Shown: positions 23,112 through 37,100 of the stretch, piece by piece
Position numbering within the stretch: the first letter of the stretch is position 1
How the letters are laid out: every line of letters starts with the position of its first letter
Source of the DNA: Botryllus schlosseri
Taxonomy: Eukaryota
Assembly: GCA_051294905.1 (NCBI GenBank)
Contig: CM119371.1
Span: 21,206,001 to 21,270,000 of the forward strand
DNA: 64,000 nt
Direction of reading: 5' to 3'
Notes under the pieces: generated by a model
Told to the model about the DNA's origin: nothing
The model's database searches: none
Seen by the model: the letters and a program-made list of their open reading frames with translations, nothing else
Translations under genes and position numbers: made by a program

Positions 23112-24547
23112 CAGGGGTCACCAACCTTTTTGCAACCGAGGGCTACATTTGCGTAATGATTGAAGCGGCGGGCTACTATTTACTCTCGCCGTTTACCCAT
23201 ACCACACTGAATTTCCGCTTTGATATTCATAGCACTGGGCCGGACTGGACATAACGTTATCTGTTTCTATAGCAGTCAGTGGGAAGCCTGTACTCTGGTA
23301 CTTGACACTGCAATTCTGAGTGAGTGTTCCAGATGTGCATTAATTAAGCGTGTTTTGTGTTTGTTTTTGATGAAGTTCATGTCCGAAAAGGCTGATTCAC
23401 AACGATAGGTTGAACCATAGACACTTGCAACCTTCATAGCTGCTGCGCAAAGTGCGCATTAGGGCTGTTCAAAAATAACTTTTTGTTCTGGATTCCAGCC
23501 ATTCAGTAATTAAATTGTCAGGTTACCCTAAAAAACGCTCGGATTATCCACCAATCAAGGTTAATCCGAGAAATATCAACGAAAAACTCCAATAACCCCG
23601 CTTCTACTAGTTGGAATTGAGTCAAATTTGTTTTGCATCGTCTCTGAAGACAACTCAACAATTTCATGGGGTTGACAGAAAAATTTGATTTTTTTATTGT
23701 AATTTCCTGTTTAAATTAAAAAATTTAATTGGATCTGCGGAGCCCTATGCTTGTTAGAATTAAACCAAATTTGGTGTGAAGCGTTTTTTATGGTAACCTG
23801 ACAATTTGATAACTGAACGACTGGAATCCAAAAAAAAAAAAGTTATTTTTGAACAGCTCTAGTGCGCATACACCACTCTACTTTTCCGTATCAATAACAA
23901 TGCACCAAACGTTTGCTGCAGACTGACGTGGGGGTCATTTTGCACTGTTACAATTTCAATCTCCAACTGTTCAGCATGACAAGATTTCATTATACCGGAC
24001 AGCAGCAACGATTACAGAAAGTTAGAAACATGGTATATTAAACTGCGTTGAGTGTAACAGAAACAAGCTGTGCCAAAAGATGCAATACGTATTGGGTATT
24101 AAGATATTGAAAATCTGCTAGTACTGCACGGCTATCTGACTCCGAATAGTAATATTGTTTACTACTTTGGCATTGTCCTGGACGTCGAGCTATCATAGCG
24201 GAACCCCCCGCCATTTCAAGAAGACCGTGGACGGCATGCCGTCATGTCGCCTGTATAGACAATGCGCCGTGTCTGGAATTTCTGGTGATTCTATCACATA
24301 CATCTATGTATTATTAATTGTAATTGAAGATATTTTCAAGTGTTTATATATGTAAGTTACATGTTAGCGTGTTTTAAACAAGAATAACTGAACCAATCAA
24401 TCTATATATTTAAAAGCTCACTGGTAATAATCTGACGAATATTGGTAAATGCTGCTATTCCACCTATTTTTAGAATGCGCTCGCGGGCTACTCATCTAGT
24501 CCTCGCGGGCTACCTGGGGCCCGCGGGCACCGGGTTGGTGACCCCTG
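23112..24547. mobile_element. Non-autonomous hAT element
   Basis: TIR CAGGGGTCACCAACC; perfect TSD ATGTACAT (23104-23111 and 24548-24555). Confidence 0.92.
23460..23861. mobile_element. Nested long-TIR MITE (hAT-type, 8-bp TSD)
   Basis: TAGGGCTGTTCAAAAATAAC...GTTATTTTTGAACAGCTCTA, imperfect TIR of about 80 bp; TSD GTGCGCAT on both sides. Confidence 0.9.
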
Positions 24548-27500
24548 ATGTACATAAAATGTGAACCATCAGAGAAGTAAGACATATTTTCACATCTTCA
24601 CCGCGATCCACTTTTATAAAACGTGAAGAGAAGATTTATAATAATAATGATATTATAAAATTTGTGAATATCGTCAGCAAATAGGCCCCAAGTTGGAATT
24701 GGCTTTATGGATCGATGGATCATTGATGCATCAAATTACAATTTGCATCCATTCGATGCCTGGGAAACTTTTGCAGTTAAATCTTATCTAAACTATAATA
24801 CCTCATGATCCGGTGCGAAGTCCCGTGTATGATTCTACTTCTGAATTTAAACTGATCGACCAACGACGCGAATTGATTTCGAGCGGGTAATGCAAAGCCA
24901 TCACCTGGCAACACTGCTTGGTACGCAAGTCAATGAATAATATCGAAATCCCATTATTGTTTGCACAGCAGCCACGACAAAGCACCATTTCCGAATTTCA
25001 AAAATATTTTACAACATGATCAAACATTGAATATCAATGATATAGTTTGATCTAACCGATATTTTTACTACTGAGAAGGCTGTAAAGGAGTGGTCACAAA
25101 GGGTGTAAATTTGGGTCGCCATCACAGCACAGAGGTCACATGAAATGTATGTGATTTTTGCTGAATTTCTTTCAATAGAGTTATTTCGAGAGCTACTTGT
25201 ATGTACAGACTTCAATATACCATTGAATGGTATATTCATATGTTAATGAACACATAGTATAGAATTGGAAAGAACATTGTATATCAACAATCGTATCACA
25301 AAATATGACGTCACCAGCATGAAATTTCGAAAAATCGGAGCGAAGATGGTGCTGAAGCTCAATGTACCAATTTTAGCTGGTACACAACCTTCCTCTTCAT
25401 GCACAGACCTGAATGGCGTATTTTGGTAAAAGTCGATCCCAAAACATTCAAATAAAAGTGTGAACATACCTATTCCGACAACACGAAATCTGTTACCTCG
25501 ATAACTTTTAGCGCAAACATGATTATCCAACAAATTTTTGCCTCCGGAGGAATTTTGAGTCACGGGCGAGTCTTCGCCGAGCGGCATGCGCGTGTTCTAA
25601 TAAATCTAGAGACATGCTGTTGTATGCAGAGTTGCAAATGTTTTAGTTTTTAAAGGCTTGCTCGCGAAACGCGTGATACTGGACTTGATTCGCTACGGAT
25701 TGAGTGGGTATGTGTGTGGCTGTGAATCATATATAAAAATATCATTTAGTGCTTGATTTTGTATAACTAACCACCAATTTCAATGAAACATAGGCCCAAG
25801 AGGTTACAAATGAATACCCCGCCAAGATGTCATGACTCGCGAAGAAAAAGATTAGAAATTGTTGATGTAGGCATAAAGCCCAATACAAAAGATTTGTGCA
25901 TTGATAGTTGTATGAAGGATAAATGTCACGTGACATCTACCTCGATGGAGCAACTTTGCGTACAATTGGTTGTCTGCATCTTCTCTACTGCATACATGCC
26001 TGTAAAATCGTCGTGTACTGACGTCGCAAATACTTTCAGTTCAATGTGTGACTTCAATTCACGTTGCGTTAAATTGCGTTACGAGATCCCGTTAAAACTT
26101 TTATTCGGACCGCGCTTTGAAAATTTTATGAGCCACAGCCGTAAAGCGAGGTTAGGTAGCCTACTCAGAGCAATGGCACTGTGTAAAATTGCATTCAGGC
26201 AGACGGCTTTGACTTGAAGTAATTATTCGCGCAATGGTAGCAGGGTGCTTATGTTTGTAAAAGTGGAAGAACTTGTGAGTATATTACATCTAAATTCATT
26301 TTTGCCTACTGGATGTATAGAGTTTTATATATGCAAGGTCGTTCGCAGTATCAGTACCCAAGTTTCGTTCGGTTCATTTCATTACTCTGCACAGATTTAC
26401 AGGATGCGTTACTTGGATCATTTGCCTTAAGTCAGATATTAAATGTTATCATCGTTTTATGATAGCAGCGCTGTATAAATGACCACCTCGCGAAACTCGA
26501 TATTGCATATTTATACAGTAGCGTAGTTTGACGCGCTGCCCTACGACTCTTAATCCTACGGAGTCGCGCAAGAAATATAATTAAGCATTTGGTCTTAACA
26601 TACGTTTTGGAATACTACGTTAAAGTGCTTGCTTGCCGTCACTGGGGTGGTGGAACGGGCTGATAGCCTCATTTTCAGCCTCCATCTTTAGTTGTACTCA
26701 CATTTACACCAGAAAAATCTGCCATTCCTGGCACATGAGCTGATTGACTTTCCTGAGCCCTGTCTATATGCCCGCATTGAAACTACCGTAAGATAGCCAC
26801 CTTTATTTGCAAAGAATGGTGAATTTAAATCTTTTACCGTTCCGACCTCAGAGCAACTTTATCTCTATACATAAAATCGATTTATCTCGTTCTACCTCCA
26901 GGGGAGTCCCTGTGGTTTGTAAATTAATTTTTGTCGAAATATCCGTGCGCAATCGCATCTAAGCGACGAAGTTCACGGTACCGAAACAGTGAACTGTTTT
27001 CTTATGTATTTTCGAAAATACGACTTCTTTAGCATCTTCCTTATTGCATCTTGATCTACAGCAAAAATGTCAAACTCAACTTACGTCCCGGGCCAGATTC
27101 AAACCAATCAAATTATTTCAAATTGTTACCTCAAAATTCGTGCCAGCGTTATCATATCAATACTTTATTATCACATATGTGTGCGTGATACTAGATTACG
27201 TTGTATTACAAATCATAGGGGTTCGATTCTACAGTTAAACCCCTATTCGAAAACAATCGATTTAACAAAAGTGCGATGATTGGCAGGTTGAATATAGTTA
27301 CGACCCGCTAGAAAAGTCGCCCTAACCACGATATAAGCAGGCATGCTTCCTTGTTTTAGTCATAATCTGGCTCTCGCCCTGAGTTAGGTATGCACTGTGA
27401 GTAATACAAGAGATATAACTGCTATACGCACACGCTGGAATTTTATTCATCAGTATTAATTCGCGATTCGTGTTTATGTGGAGGCCGGGGATCATTTGAT

Positions 27501-29795
27501 TCAAAATTGATACGGAGGTGCGACAGCATATATTTGAATCATAATTTTGTTGATATTTCTCATTCTCAATGTAGCCTGTATAGAGCGGTATCGATTGGCC
27601 TTTTCGCTTCTGAGAAGAACTACTTCTCGGAATTGACTGTCAATGTCAGTGACAGTGACTTGGCTCCTAATGGTGACCGGAGTGCAACCATATTACCGCT
27701 ATCTAATCATTATAATACGGCCTTAAAACATTAGTCCACATTTGTTACCTCGAAGGACAATTTTATGGAAGTATGTCTTGCTAAAAACCTAAGCAGTTGA
27801 TAGAACTGTGTTGGATAACACAAGTATTTTTCAATTTTCCGATCTATACTCAGAATTGATTCATAGCGATCCGCCAGCCGTATGTTTTACACCCCTTTTG
27901 TACAGTGTACATCACTGAGATTTCCGAATTCGGCCTTATAATATCTATCATTCAATTAAGAACAGCATCTATCATCATAAGATCGCCGCTAGATGTCTGT
28001 ACAGGGAAATGTTTGATGTCACGTTCGTAACGCAAACAAATGTAAAATATCTACGATAAAGCAAATATTTAACTGAATATTAGTTGTAAAAATCTCATGT
28101 ATTCTATCGATGACCAGCGAAATTCTGCGGTCGGCGTGCCTGCATTCCCAAATTAGTTCCTTTCTTAGCAGCGATATCCATTCGGTTTTAAAACAGGTAA
28201 TCGCAGTTCATTGAAATGCATGAATTCTCCGTTTTCACAACTTTGTAAAAATCTGGTTGGTTGTATATCATAGATCTCATGCTACGCAACTGGTACCACT
28301 CAACCACTGGCATGACACATGAATAGTTGAGATTGTTGCTTATTACGTCGCTACGGTTGTCAAAGAACGCCTCTCTACCGAATGAATTACATGTGTAACA
28401 GTAGTTGGAATAAATTACATTTTTAACAGTTATTTTAATTGTAATTTGATATTTTTAGCCTTAATTGTAATTGTAATGTAATTGAAGCATGAAAGAGATT
28501 AATTTTAATTGTAATTTAGCTGGTTTATTGTAATTGATTCAACTCTGCTGTATATATCTGTGGTAGGTAGTCCGTGGAGGGCCAACAAAAGATCCGCTGT
28601 TCTCAGCTGGGCATTTGAGGCGAGAGAACATTTTGTAATTTTTCATCCATCGGTTCCACAACTCGCCTGTAGGAGATGTAAATGGCATTTTCAAGAGAAT
28701 AGGGTACGATTTTAAACCCAACCCCCTCTTCCCTGCGTCCGGCGCTGAACAGTGCTGCACATATCCTTAAACAACGGTCTTCGCAATTCTGTTACTTATT
28801 GCATGCAACAAATTAAGACGTGTCCTCATCAATGTATATTTTTTAAATCTTTTGTGGAACCTCTGAGAATGATTCGTGGAACCGCTGGTGTTTCTTGGAA
28901 CACTAGTTAGGTATATATTACTGACCTACCGATAGAAACGCAACTCGCGTCGAAACGCTTGGGCAAGCAGCATCTCTGATTGCTGAGCATTCTCAAAATA
29001 GCGTAATTGATACTGCTATGGCTCGCAACACGAGTGCTGGAATTCAATATATATTGATCTTAATTAAATGCTAGTGTCGCATTGATTCCAAATATACAAA
29101 TTAATGTCTGGTCAGGCCGATGGATCTACCTTAAAAGAACCTAAAGAGTCTTTAAATTGCAATTGTTCCAAACAATTGCTTGAATAATTAGTCAATGTTA
29201 TGTTAATGGTGTTGAGTGCTGCCATTGTTAGAACAATGCCGATTTTCAGACATTAAGAAAGTTTTAGGGGTGGTTTCATTGCCCTGGCCTGATTTTAATT
29301 TCAATTTTCTGTGCGACAGTAGCTTTCGATTGAGCCTGATGATATTAAATTTCAGCGCTCGGGGCGACAGCTATAGCGTTACCAATTGCACTACATTTAG
29401 ATTGCCCAGCAATTGGTGAAACTGCTTGCCAAAGTGCAGCCGCCGCCAGCTGTATCCGTTGGTTTGTATTATATAGGTTAAATACCACTGGTCTAGTTTA
29501 AATATGGTTGGTTATTTATAGATCATACGTATAATGCAATCAAAATCAATGTTACTCGGCCATTACCGCTACTTACTAATTTCCTAACATAGTTTATTCG
29601 TGTGAAAGCGAACAGGGTTAAGGTTAGTCGTAGTGTAGTACAAGCCTGATTCTGATGCAGTCCACACTTACTACATCCACAACACAAAGGCACACCATTA
29701 AAGCGGTAAGTATATTCCAGCATGATACAGAAGGATTTTGTCAGTTGAAAAGCATGAATACGATAAGTAGTATTTATGTTTTAGTTTCTCGTAAC

Positions 29796-30308
29796 AAGGA
29801 CTGTGGGATCGGAGTCAGAGTTTGCTTTAACTTTCTCCGGAGGTAGATGGAGACTGGGTCAGAAAATGTTTGTAACAATTTTTGTAGTCGGAGTTAGAGA
29901 TGCGGAAACACTTACTAGCTAGAGTCCGAGTTGGAGTTTTTGTAAATGCTCTGACTCCGACTACAACTCGAACCGCGTTAATATTGCAGAAACTGTTCTC
30001 GAATGCTACTAAAAAGTGCCATTGCAGGTACAAAAACTTATCAAATTAATATTGTACGATTTCCACAAGCAACAAGCTACATTAAAACATTTTTTGCTAA
30101 GTTGAAAAAAGGGGTAAAAATATCAACTAAAATGTAATAAATGTATAATTTGCTGAGTATATGTACAAGAATAGGTGAGTCGGAATTGGAGCTCTGCGTA
30201 TAAAATGTGACGCGCCAGAGCTGGAGTGGGCGTGTTTTCACTTTTAGTCGGAGTCGGTATATTAAAAAATTGGTGTCGGTGGTGAAATAAACACACTCCA
30301 CATTGCTG
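29796..30308. mobile_element. Decayed MITE with GGAGTCGG subterminal repeats
   Basis: Degenerate ends, repeated GGAGTC/GACTCC motifs, possible TSD CTCGTAAC/ATCGTAAG (6 of 8 match). Confidence 0.45.
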
Positions 30309-31116
30309 ATCGTAAGCTATAGCCCTGATAAGTAAGTTGGTCTAGTATAGTGAAGTCGTATCAAGCAGTGTCAATGCATTCACTTTATGCAACATTATAT
30401 TTCATAATTACACCATGCATGCCGATAACTCGAATAGGGTACGGCGTTGAAAAAAGTATAAAAAAAAATCCGGCTCAGGGTTTACGTTATGTTGGCTTAC
30501 GAAATAATTTTTGAATTTTATAGGAAATTTTATCTAAAATTATTTTCACTCGACAATGTTTTTGCTTCGGGGTCGTGTTACTCATTTTGAAGATGCTTTG
30601 CGGCCCCAGACAAAAGTCTCGCGGAGCTCAAAGGACAGCAAACGCAAGTTTGAGAGTCACGAACTTTCCCAGGCCTGATATGTAATCATGAAATACTTGG
30701 TGGACCCGATTCCTGAAACGATTTTTTTTTTATTCGCGTAATTATCCATCTATACAAAGTTTAGACCGAATTCAATATAAACTTAAACTTTAATGTATAT
30801 AGACCAAAAACTGTATTTATTGAATTTAATAGCGTAATGTTCTTCAATAGCTGTTAGATGAATGAGACGCCTATGGTCGATCAAAGTTATTATCATGTAA
30901 GAACGAAAACTATGCCCGGGCCAGCCATCATGCCATTTGTTGCCCGCCGCTACTGCATATGGTCATATTTAAATTCAATTATTTATATATCGGTATGAGT
31001 GATCGAATATGATTACCGCGACCTGGCATTCGGTAAATTATGGCTTTTTTGTTCATACCAGATTGCAGTATAATATACTTGGTCGCATTAAAACTCAGAT
31101 CATCGTATTGCTTTAG

Positions 31117-34100
31117 GTGTATGAAGCTGGTCACACAGTCATTACTACGGAAGATTGTGATGGAAAACTCTGTTTGGACCGTTATGCTTTCGACAACTTT
31201 CTGGAGAAATCCAATATTGGTGATAAAGCTTTTAGCATAATTTCGATATCCGGACCTGCACGACAGGGAAAGTCTTTCTTGATGAATCTCATACTACGTT
31301 ACTTCGACAGAGAGGAGGTATTTTATAGTTGATGATTAAATATCCGTATCATTTCCGCAGTAGACAATGGTCATTGAATGAATATAGTTTGCAAAAAAAC
31401 TTCCAACACATGCAATTCTTCACGTCTGTACATTCTCGGCAAGTTTGATCGAATGTTACTACATTACAAGGATTCCAAATCGAATCGGATCAGGACAACA
31501 CCCTACTGTTATTTCAGCGGTGCAACTTACAACTACTATTGGCCACCGTGCTTTGTGTTTGCCGTTAATGCAAGAGCCAAAATGCAGTCACCCATAGATT
31601 TCCCTGCCCGCATGTACCATTTACAACCTTATTTTAAAGTCACAGGTTGGTGAGCTTATCATTTGACAAGGAGCAATTACACCAATCATTCAATTATTTC
31701 AGGGTTCCATACCCATGCAGAGGAAACCCTTACCGGTAATGGACATTAGCGAGAATGCCATCACCGAGAATGTTCATTACTAAGAATGGATATCACCGAG
31801 AAAGGCCGATCCCAAGAATCTAACTTACTGGGACGGTGCTAGTCGAGAAATTTATACCTGATGAACATCGAATGTGAAACGCCCTAATGCACGTATACAC
31901 GACCTGATCATATGCATACCATGGCTGCATTGCATACATTGCATTCTCGGTAATATCCATTCTCGGTAATATACGTTCTCTGTGGTGTTCATTCTCGGTA
32001 TTGCCAATTCTCGGTGGTGTAGATGGTCAGTAATGGCATTCTTGGTATTGGCCGGACACATACTTTCAGAACCTGGTTCAAGCAAATAAATCATTCCCTC
32101 GTTTCTTGAATGCAATAGTGAATAGAGTGTATACATATATGTTATGTGCCCTAAAACACTTTGTTTGAAGCATGTTTTATACAACTAAACAAAAACTGGT
32201 TTGTTTTCTCAACTATTTCATAATTGTATAAAGCACTGTATTTCAATCTATTTGAGATTCATTTGCGAATGTTTCCTCCGCATAAACCAACCGACGGTTA
32301 TATTACACAAAGAAAATGAAGATTCTTAACACACACGTTAGAACAGTGGTTCTCAACCCTTTTATCCCGCAGATTCCCTGTGGACCCTCACGGACCCCCG
32401 TGGACCGCCAAGTAAATATTTTCTAATTTAGACGTATTACCGCGCAAGCGTCATCTTTCTTGTGCAAATATAACTGTATAGGCGCTCGGTTATAACCAGC
32501 AGCAAATGACTTTTTTTGATAATAACATCAAACTATTTACGGACAAATTGAGTAGACTTTTATTATTTGAAAGTGAATTCTCTAGCTGCATTTCTTTAAT
32601 ACGTGGTCACGTCTTGCAATTTCGCGCCTTCGATTTGATACGAACGAATGCCGAAAATCAATTTTCACCAAAATAGGTTGTTGTTAATGTAATAATAACA
32701 GGAAACGCTTCCTATGACACCTTTAAGTATGAACGCGAAATACATGGCTGTAGCGGTCGGTGCAACGACTTGTTGCAAGACACGCTGGCATAGTGCTTGA
32801 TTGGCGTCTACGCTACGGCTACAGTTCCTGTTATGTGCACGAAATCGATTTACTAATGACCGCTCTGAGTATTCTTGCAATCCTGACCACACGGTTGTGG
32901 TTCCGAAGCGCGGCCTATTTATGTTTTCTCGCATGACGAAATAGGGACAGCTCTTACAATGGCAATATCACCAAATTAGGGAAACAGATTTTTTATTGAA
33001 CATATACCGTCCAGCCTAGTTACTTCTAAATAGCAGCTCATCGTGGAGTGATTCTGAAATAGCGGTTATGTATATCACAGGTGAAAATAGTATTTTAAAT
33101 TATTTCGAAGTCATCTGTCACTAGGGTTGCATTTAAAACAAACGGTGTTTAACACACATTTTGCTTTTTTTCAAAAAAGCATTGGTTTAAAACACCGTTT
33201 AGATTCTTAACGGTGTTTTAAAACACTGTCTTTAAAACATGTTCTAAACTTTGTTTTAAATGCAACCCTACTTAGTATATGAGAGCCAGGTACATACATG
33301 CTACGCGCCTCGACCTGCCTCCTGTGTTTCACATTACACACAATATGTGCCGTGAATGTCTATACCACCTGTTTCGCCTTCTAGCTCAATCGAACATAAA
33401 AGTTCATAGCAGGTAAATGATCTTTAGAGGGAAAGATTTAACTTCACATACTTGTTGCAAATTTGAGTATAAACTGATGGTATTTATTATTTATTGCAGT
33501 AAGTATTCTCGGGTCATTCGAATTCATTAAAACGAAATTATCATAATCCTTGATAGAACGAAAGGAAGTCAATATTCTGTCATTTGTCATGTGTGTATAG
33601 GTTCAGACATGCATATCATCAACTACACCCGCTTTTCAACTAAACGTTTGTCTGTCTGTCTGTTTTTGTTTGAGGCATTCATGGTGTGTTTCGACTACTA
33701 TGGTCATTTACGACGGACCCATTCCCCAATTTTTTTCCCGTAACGGTCGACTTGTAGCCGGGCCCACTTCTAGGCTTTTACAAGACACCACTGACACGGA
33801 TGATATGGCGAAGAGGAGTGTAGACGAACCTCTAAAACTTATAGGTAGGAATTCCGGTGTCGACCTCGGTGGGACCAAATGTTCTTGTACATAATGAAAA
33901 TACTGCTTTCAAAAGCACGTTCATGATAAACGTTTATTGAAAATAAAATAACTTTTCGGGTGTCACTTTTCCAGAGCTACCGGCACGATGATGGAAATCG
34001 GACAGAGTTGATTGAATCCCAAACCAAATGGAGAATTTAAACGCAATATTGTCTAATTTATCGATAACATAAATGGAGCAAGCCCCGATCTACGGCTATA

Positions 34101-37100
34101 TCCTGCTATTTAAATCACGTGCCCACCATATACTGATGCATTGTGGGTAATCAGCTAAATGATTTAGTTGGTGTCGCATTTAAAACAAAAATCAATTTCA
34201 AAAAAGCATGTTTAAAACCAGCCTTAGTTTAAAACATGTTTTTATTGTTTCTTTTAGGCCATGACGTCGCCAATAATCAAATGTGACGTCACAGTCAAAT
34301 TGCATTGGCAAAATAACGAAACGACGACATTGACGAAATATCTACATACTATAGCTGTTGAACCGACTATTTTGAGGTTTACACTATCGCATATCGTATA
34401 CGTCGGCTATATCGGGTGGTAATATTCAGTAGGCTAATGCAGCATGTTTGTTGGAAAGTATTTACACAATTTTGGCATAATTTTACCACTTAAAAAGTTT
34501 TTTTTTAAAGTGCCTTCGTTTAAAACGCTATGTTCTAAGCAACCATGTGCTTTAAATGAAGCCCTGGATTTACTACAGGATCTTATGGAAAAGCGGATAC
34601 TGTTTGAATATATTTTATTCGTGATAGGCTTGTAGTATTCTATACGAATAGGAATAACTAGATTTATTTTATTAGCCCAATATCTATATAGTGTTCGTAT
34701 TCGCGTATTAAGTTGTTAAGTGGAGCTCAATATGTCGCAAATAGTCCGTTCAAATGGCTGTCTTCACTGTGCAGTGTGCATATAGATGCAGTAAACAGCG
34801 AACAAAGATCTGCAGAATTGAATTTAAGCAGCAAAAGTAACGACAGTAGTGATCAACATTCAACCGTCATTCGTACAGCGTCAATATATCAGAAGCGATA
34901 GAAACGGTCGACATTACAAATTTTAGGTACCCAACAAACGGCAAGCGAGAGCCGTTGCAGCAGTTTCTAATGAGAAACGCCATTGCACAGCATTGACAGC
35001 TGCAGTAGTTATTCGTGACGGCAGCTACTGTGCAGGTAGTCTAACTCTCCTCAAAAAGCTATTCAACGTTTTTTTATTCAGACTCGCCGTAGAGTGGAAT
35101 AAATTAAAAAAGAGCAGGCTGCTTACAGCCAGAATAAGGGCATGCCAGATGGAGATAAAAACTTAGATGAAGTCATGAATAATCCTATGGAAGATTTGTT
35201 TCACGAGTTAATATAACAAAATGGAGCGGTTTGCCGAGTAGGCTGTTGCATGGCAAAAAAGCTTCGAACTTGTGAAATCCGAGTCAAATCCGAAAGAATT
35301 GCGATAATTTTCTAAAACGTTGCAGTATAGTATTTCTCTAAAAAGGCGTGAAATTTTATGTGTTAAAAATTTTAACATGCTTTTCTATGTCCAAATGTAA
35401 CAATATCGTTATTTTGTAAGTGTTTACATCATTTTACAACGCTCGGTGGCTCTATTGCTATAGTCTCCTATACGTCCCATAATGTCTAACAACGTTTGAA
35501 CTATGTTCCGCCAATCGTACGTGATTTATTAAAGTTTGGGTCCACTTGAATTTAATTAGTGAAAGTAATAGCGTGTCAACCGCTTACGACATGGGCAAAA
35601 TTTGGCAGTGTGTGGTGGAATTACGTCAAGACTCCTCCAAGAAAATATTTTCGGCATTTTAAAAACACTGTATTTTTTATTAAGTTGTAAAATTATGACG
35701 TAATATTGAAGATACTTTGCAAAAAAAAAAACATGTTGTATCAGCCTACGGATAATTATCGCCCAATATATCCGACGTTTACGATATGGGATGGTTGGAA
35801 CCCTCAATATAGTCGGTTCAATAGTAAATAGATATTTCGTGAAAGCAGCTATATTTACCCCATATTCTCAATTGTCAATGCCAATCCAATATGACATCAC
35901 AATTGATTATCCGTGACGTCATGACTTGTAAAATTCGAATACATGTTTTAGACAAGGCACTTGTTTCAAACATGTTTGTTTTAAATGCAAACCTGATTGT
36001 AATTAGGTAATGTAAAACATAGTTGGCGTTGCATTCATCGTATTTTACGCTGCGTAATTGATAGTCAAACGTTTGTTATCGCACCTTGTAATAAATAACC
36101 AATTACTTTACCAGTGGCACGTACACAATCAAAAGACTACCGATGACGGAAAATACAAGATGAACGCATTCAGAGTAGATTCAACTCCAGCCTGTGTAAC
36201 AACGGGAATTAGACTCTACAACCACACATTTGAAGTAAAGTACAATAAAAAGCCGGTATGTTGACCTATTAAACTATGTTTTATTTCGGTCCGGGGATAT
36301 TTTTTGACAGGCACAACCATCAAGAAGGTCTGGGATGAATACAGAACACTAACGGCTTCGGGTATATTGGAGTATAACGTATTAACAAAATAAAAGATGT
36401 GGAAAGTTCAAATCTGCACCTTTTATTGTTGTGAATTCCAAACTGGGGTACGCATGCGAGATGATTGACAATTATTTAAAGATGACTCACAGTCGTCATG
36501 ATATCAACAATGTTGGTCGCACAGAGCAAGGGCTTCATTAATATTTTTCTGGACGATCAACGGCGCCTCGTCCGTAAAGCATCTGAGTCATTGTCCCACC
36601 AATGACATGGGGATATTCTCTGTGTTATCGATTGTAAATTTCATTGCCGACGCATATACATTCTTGCCCACAACTGTTCTCCAGCAGTCACTCACGGCAA
36701 AAAAGTAGCGGTTTAATTTCTTCATTCATATAACTCAGCGAAATGACTGAGCAACTCTTCAGTAACCTAGTTTTTTTCTCATATACATGTGATTAAACAA
36801 GGATATGTGCTTCTAAAATTTTTATCGGCATAGTATTCTTCAGTGTTGGGATCAAGTCACTACCTTCAAGTCACGAGTCATTTCGAGTCATTGCACGTTT
36901 TGACTCGAGTAAAATCAAGTCAATGGACTTTCGAAAGCGACTCGAGTCAGTCAAGTCACTCGATTTTCGAAGGAGTCTCGAGTCAAGTCGAGTCAAGTCA
37001 AGTCAAGTCACAAGTCACAAGTCACAAGTCACAAGTCACAAGTCACAAGTCACAAGTCACAAGTCACAAGTCACAAGTCACAAGTCACAAGTCAAGTAAA

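Noticed and set aside
25243..26217. 114-aa and 144-aa ORFs as genes
   Set aside because: No recognisable motifs and no consistent splice chain could be built.
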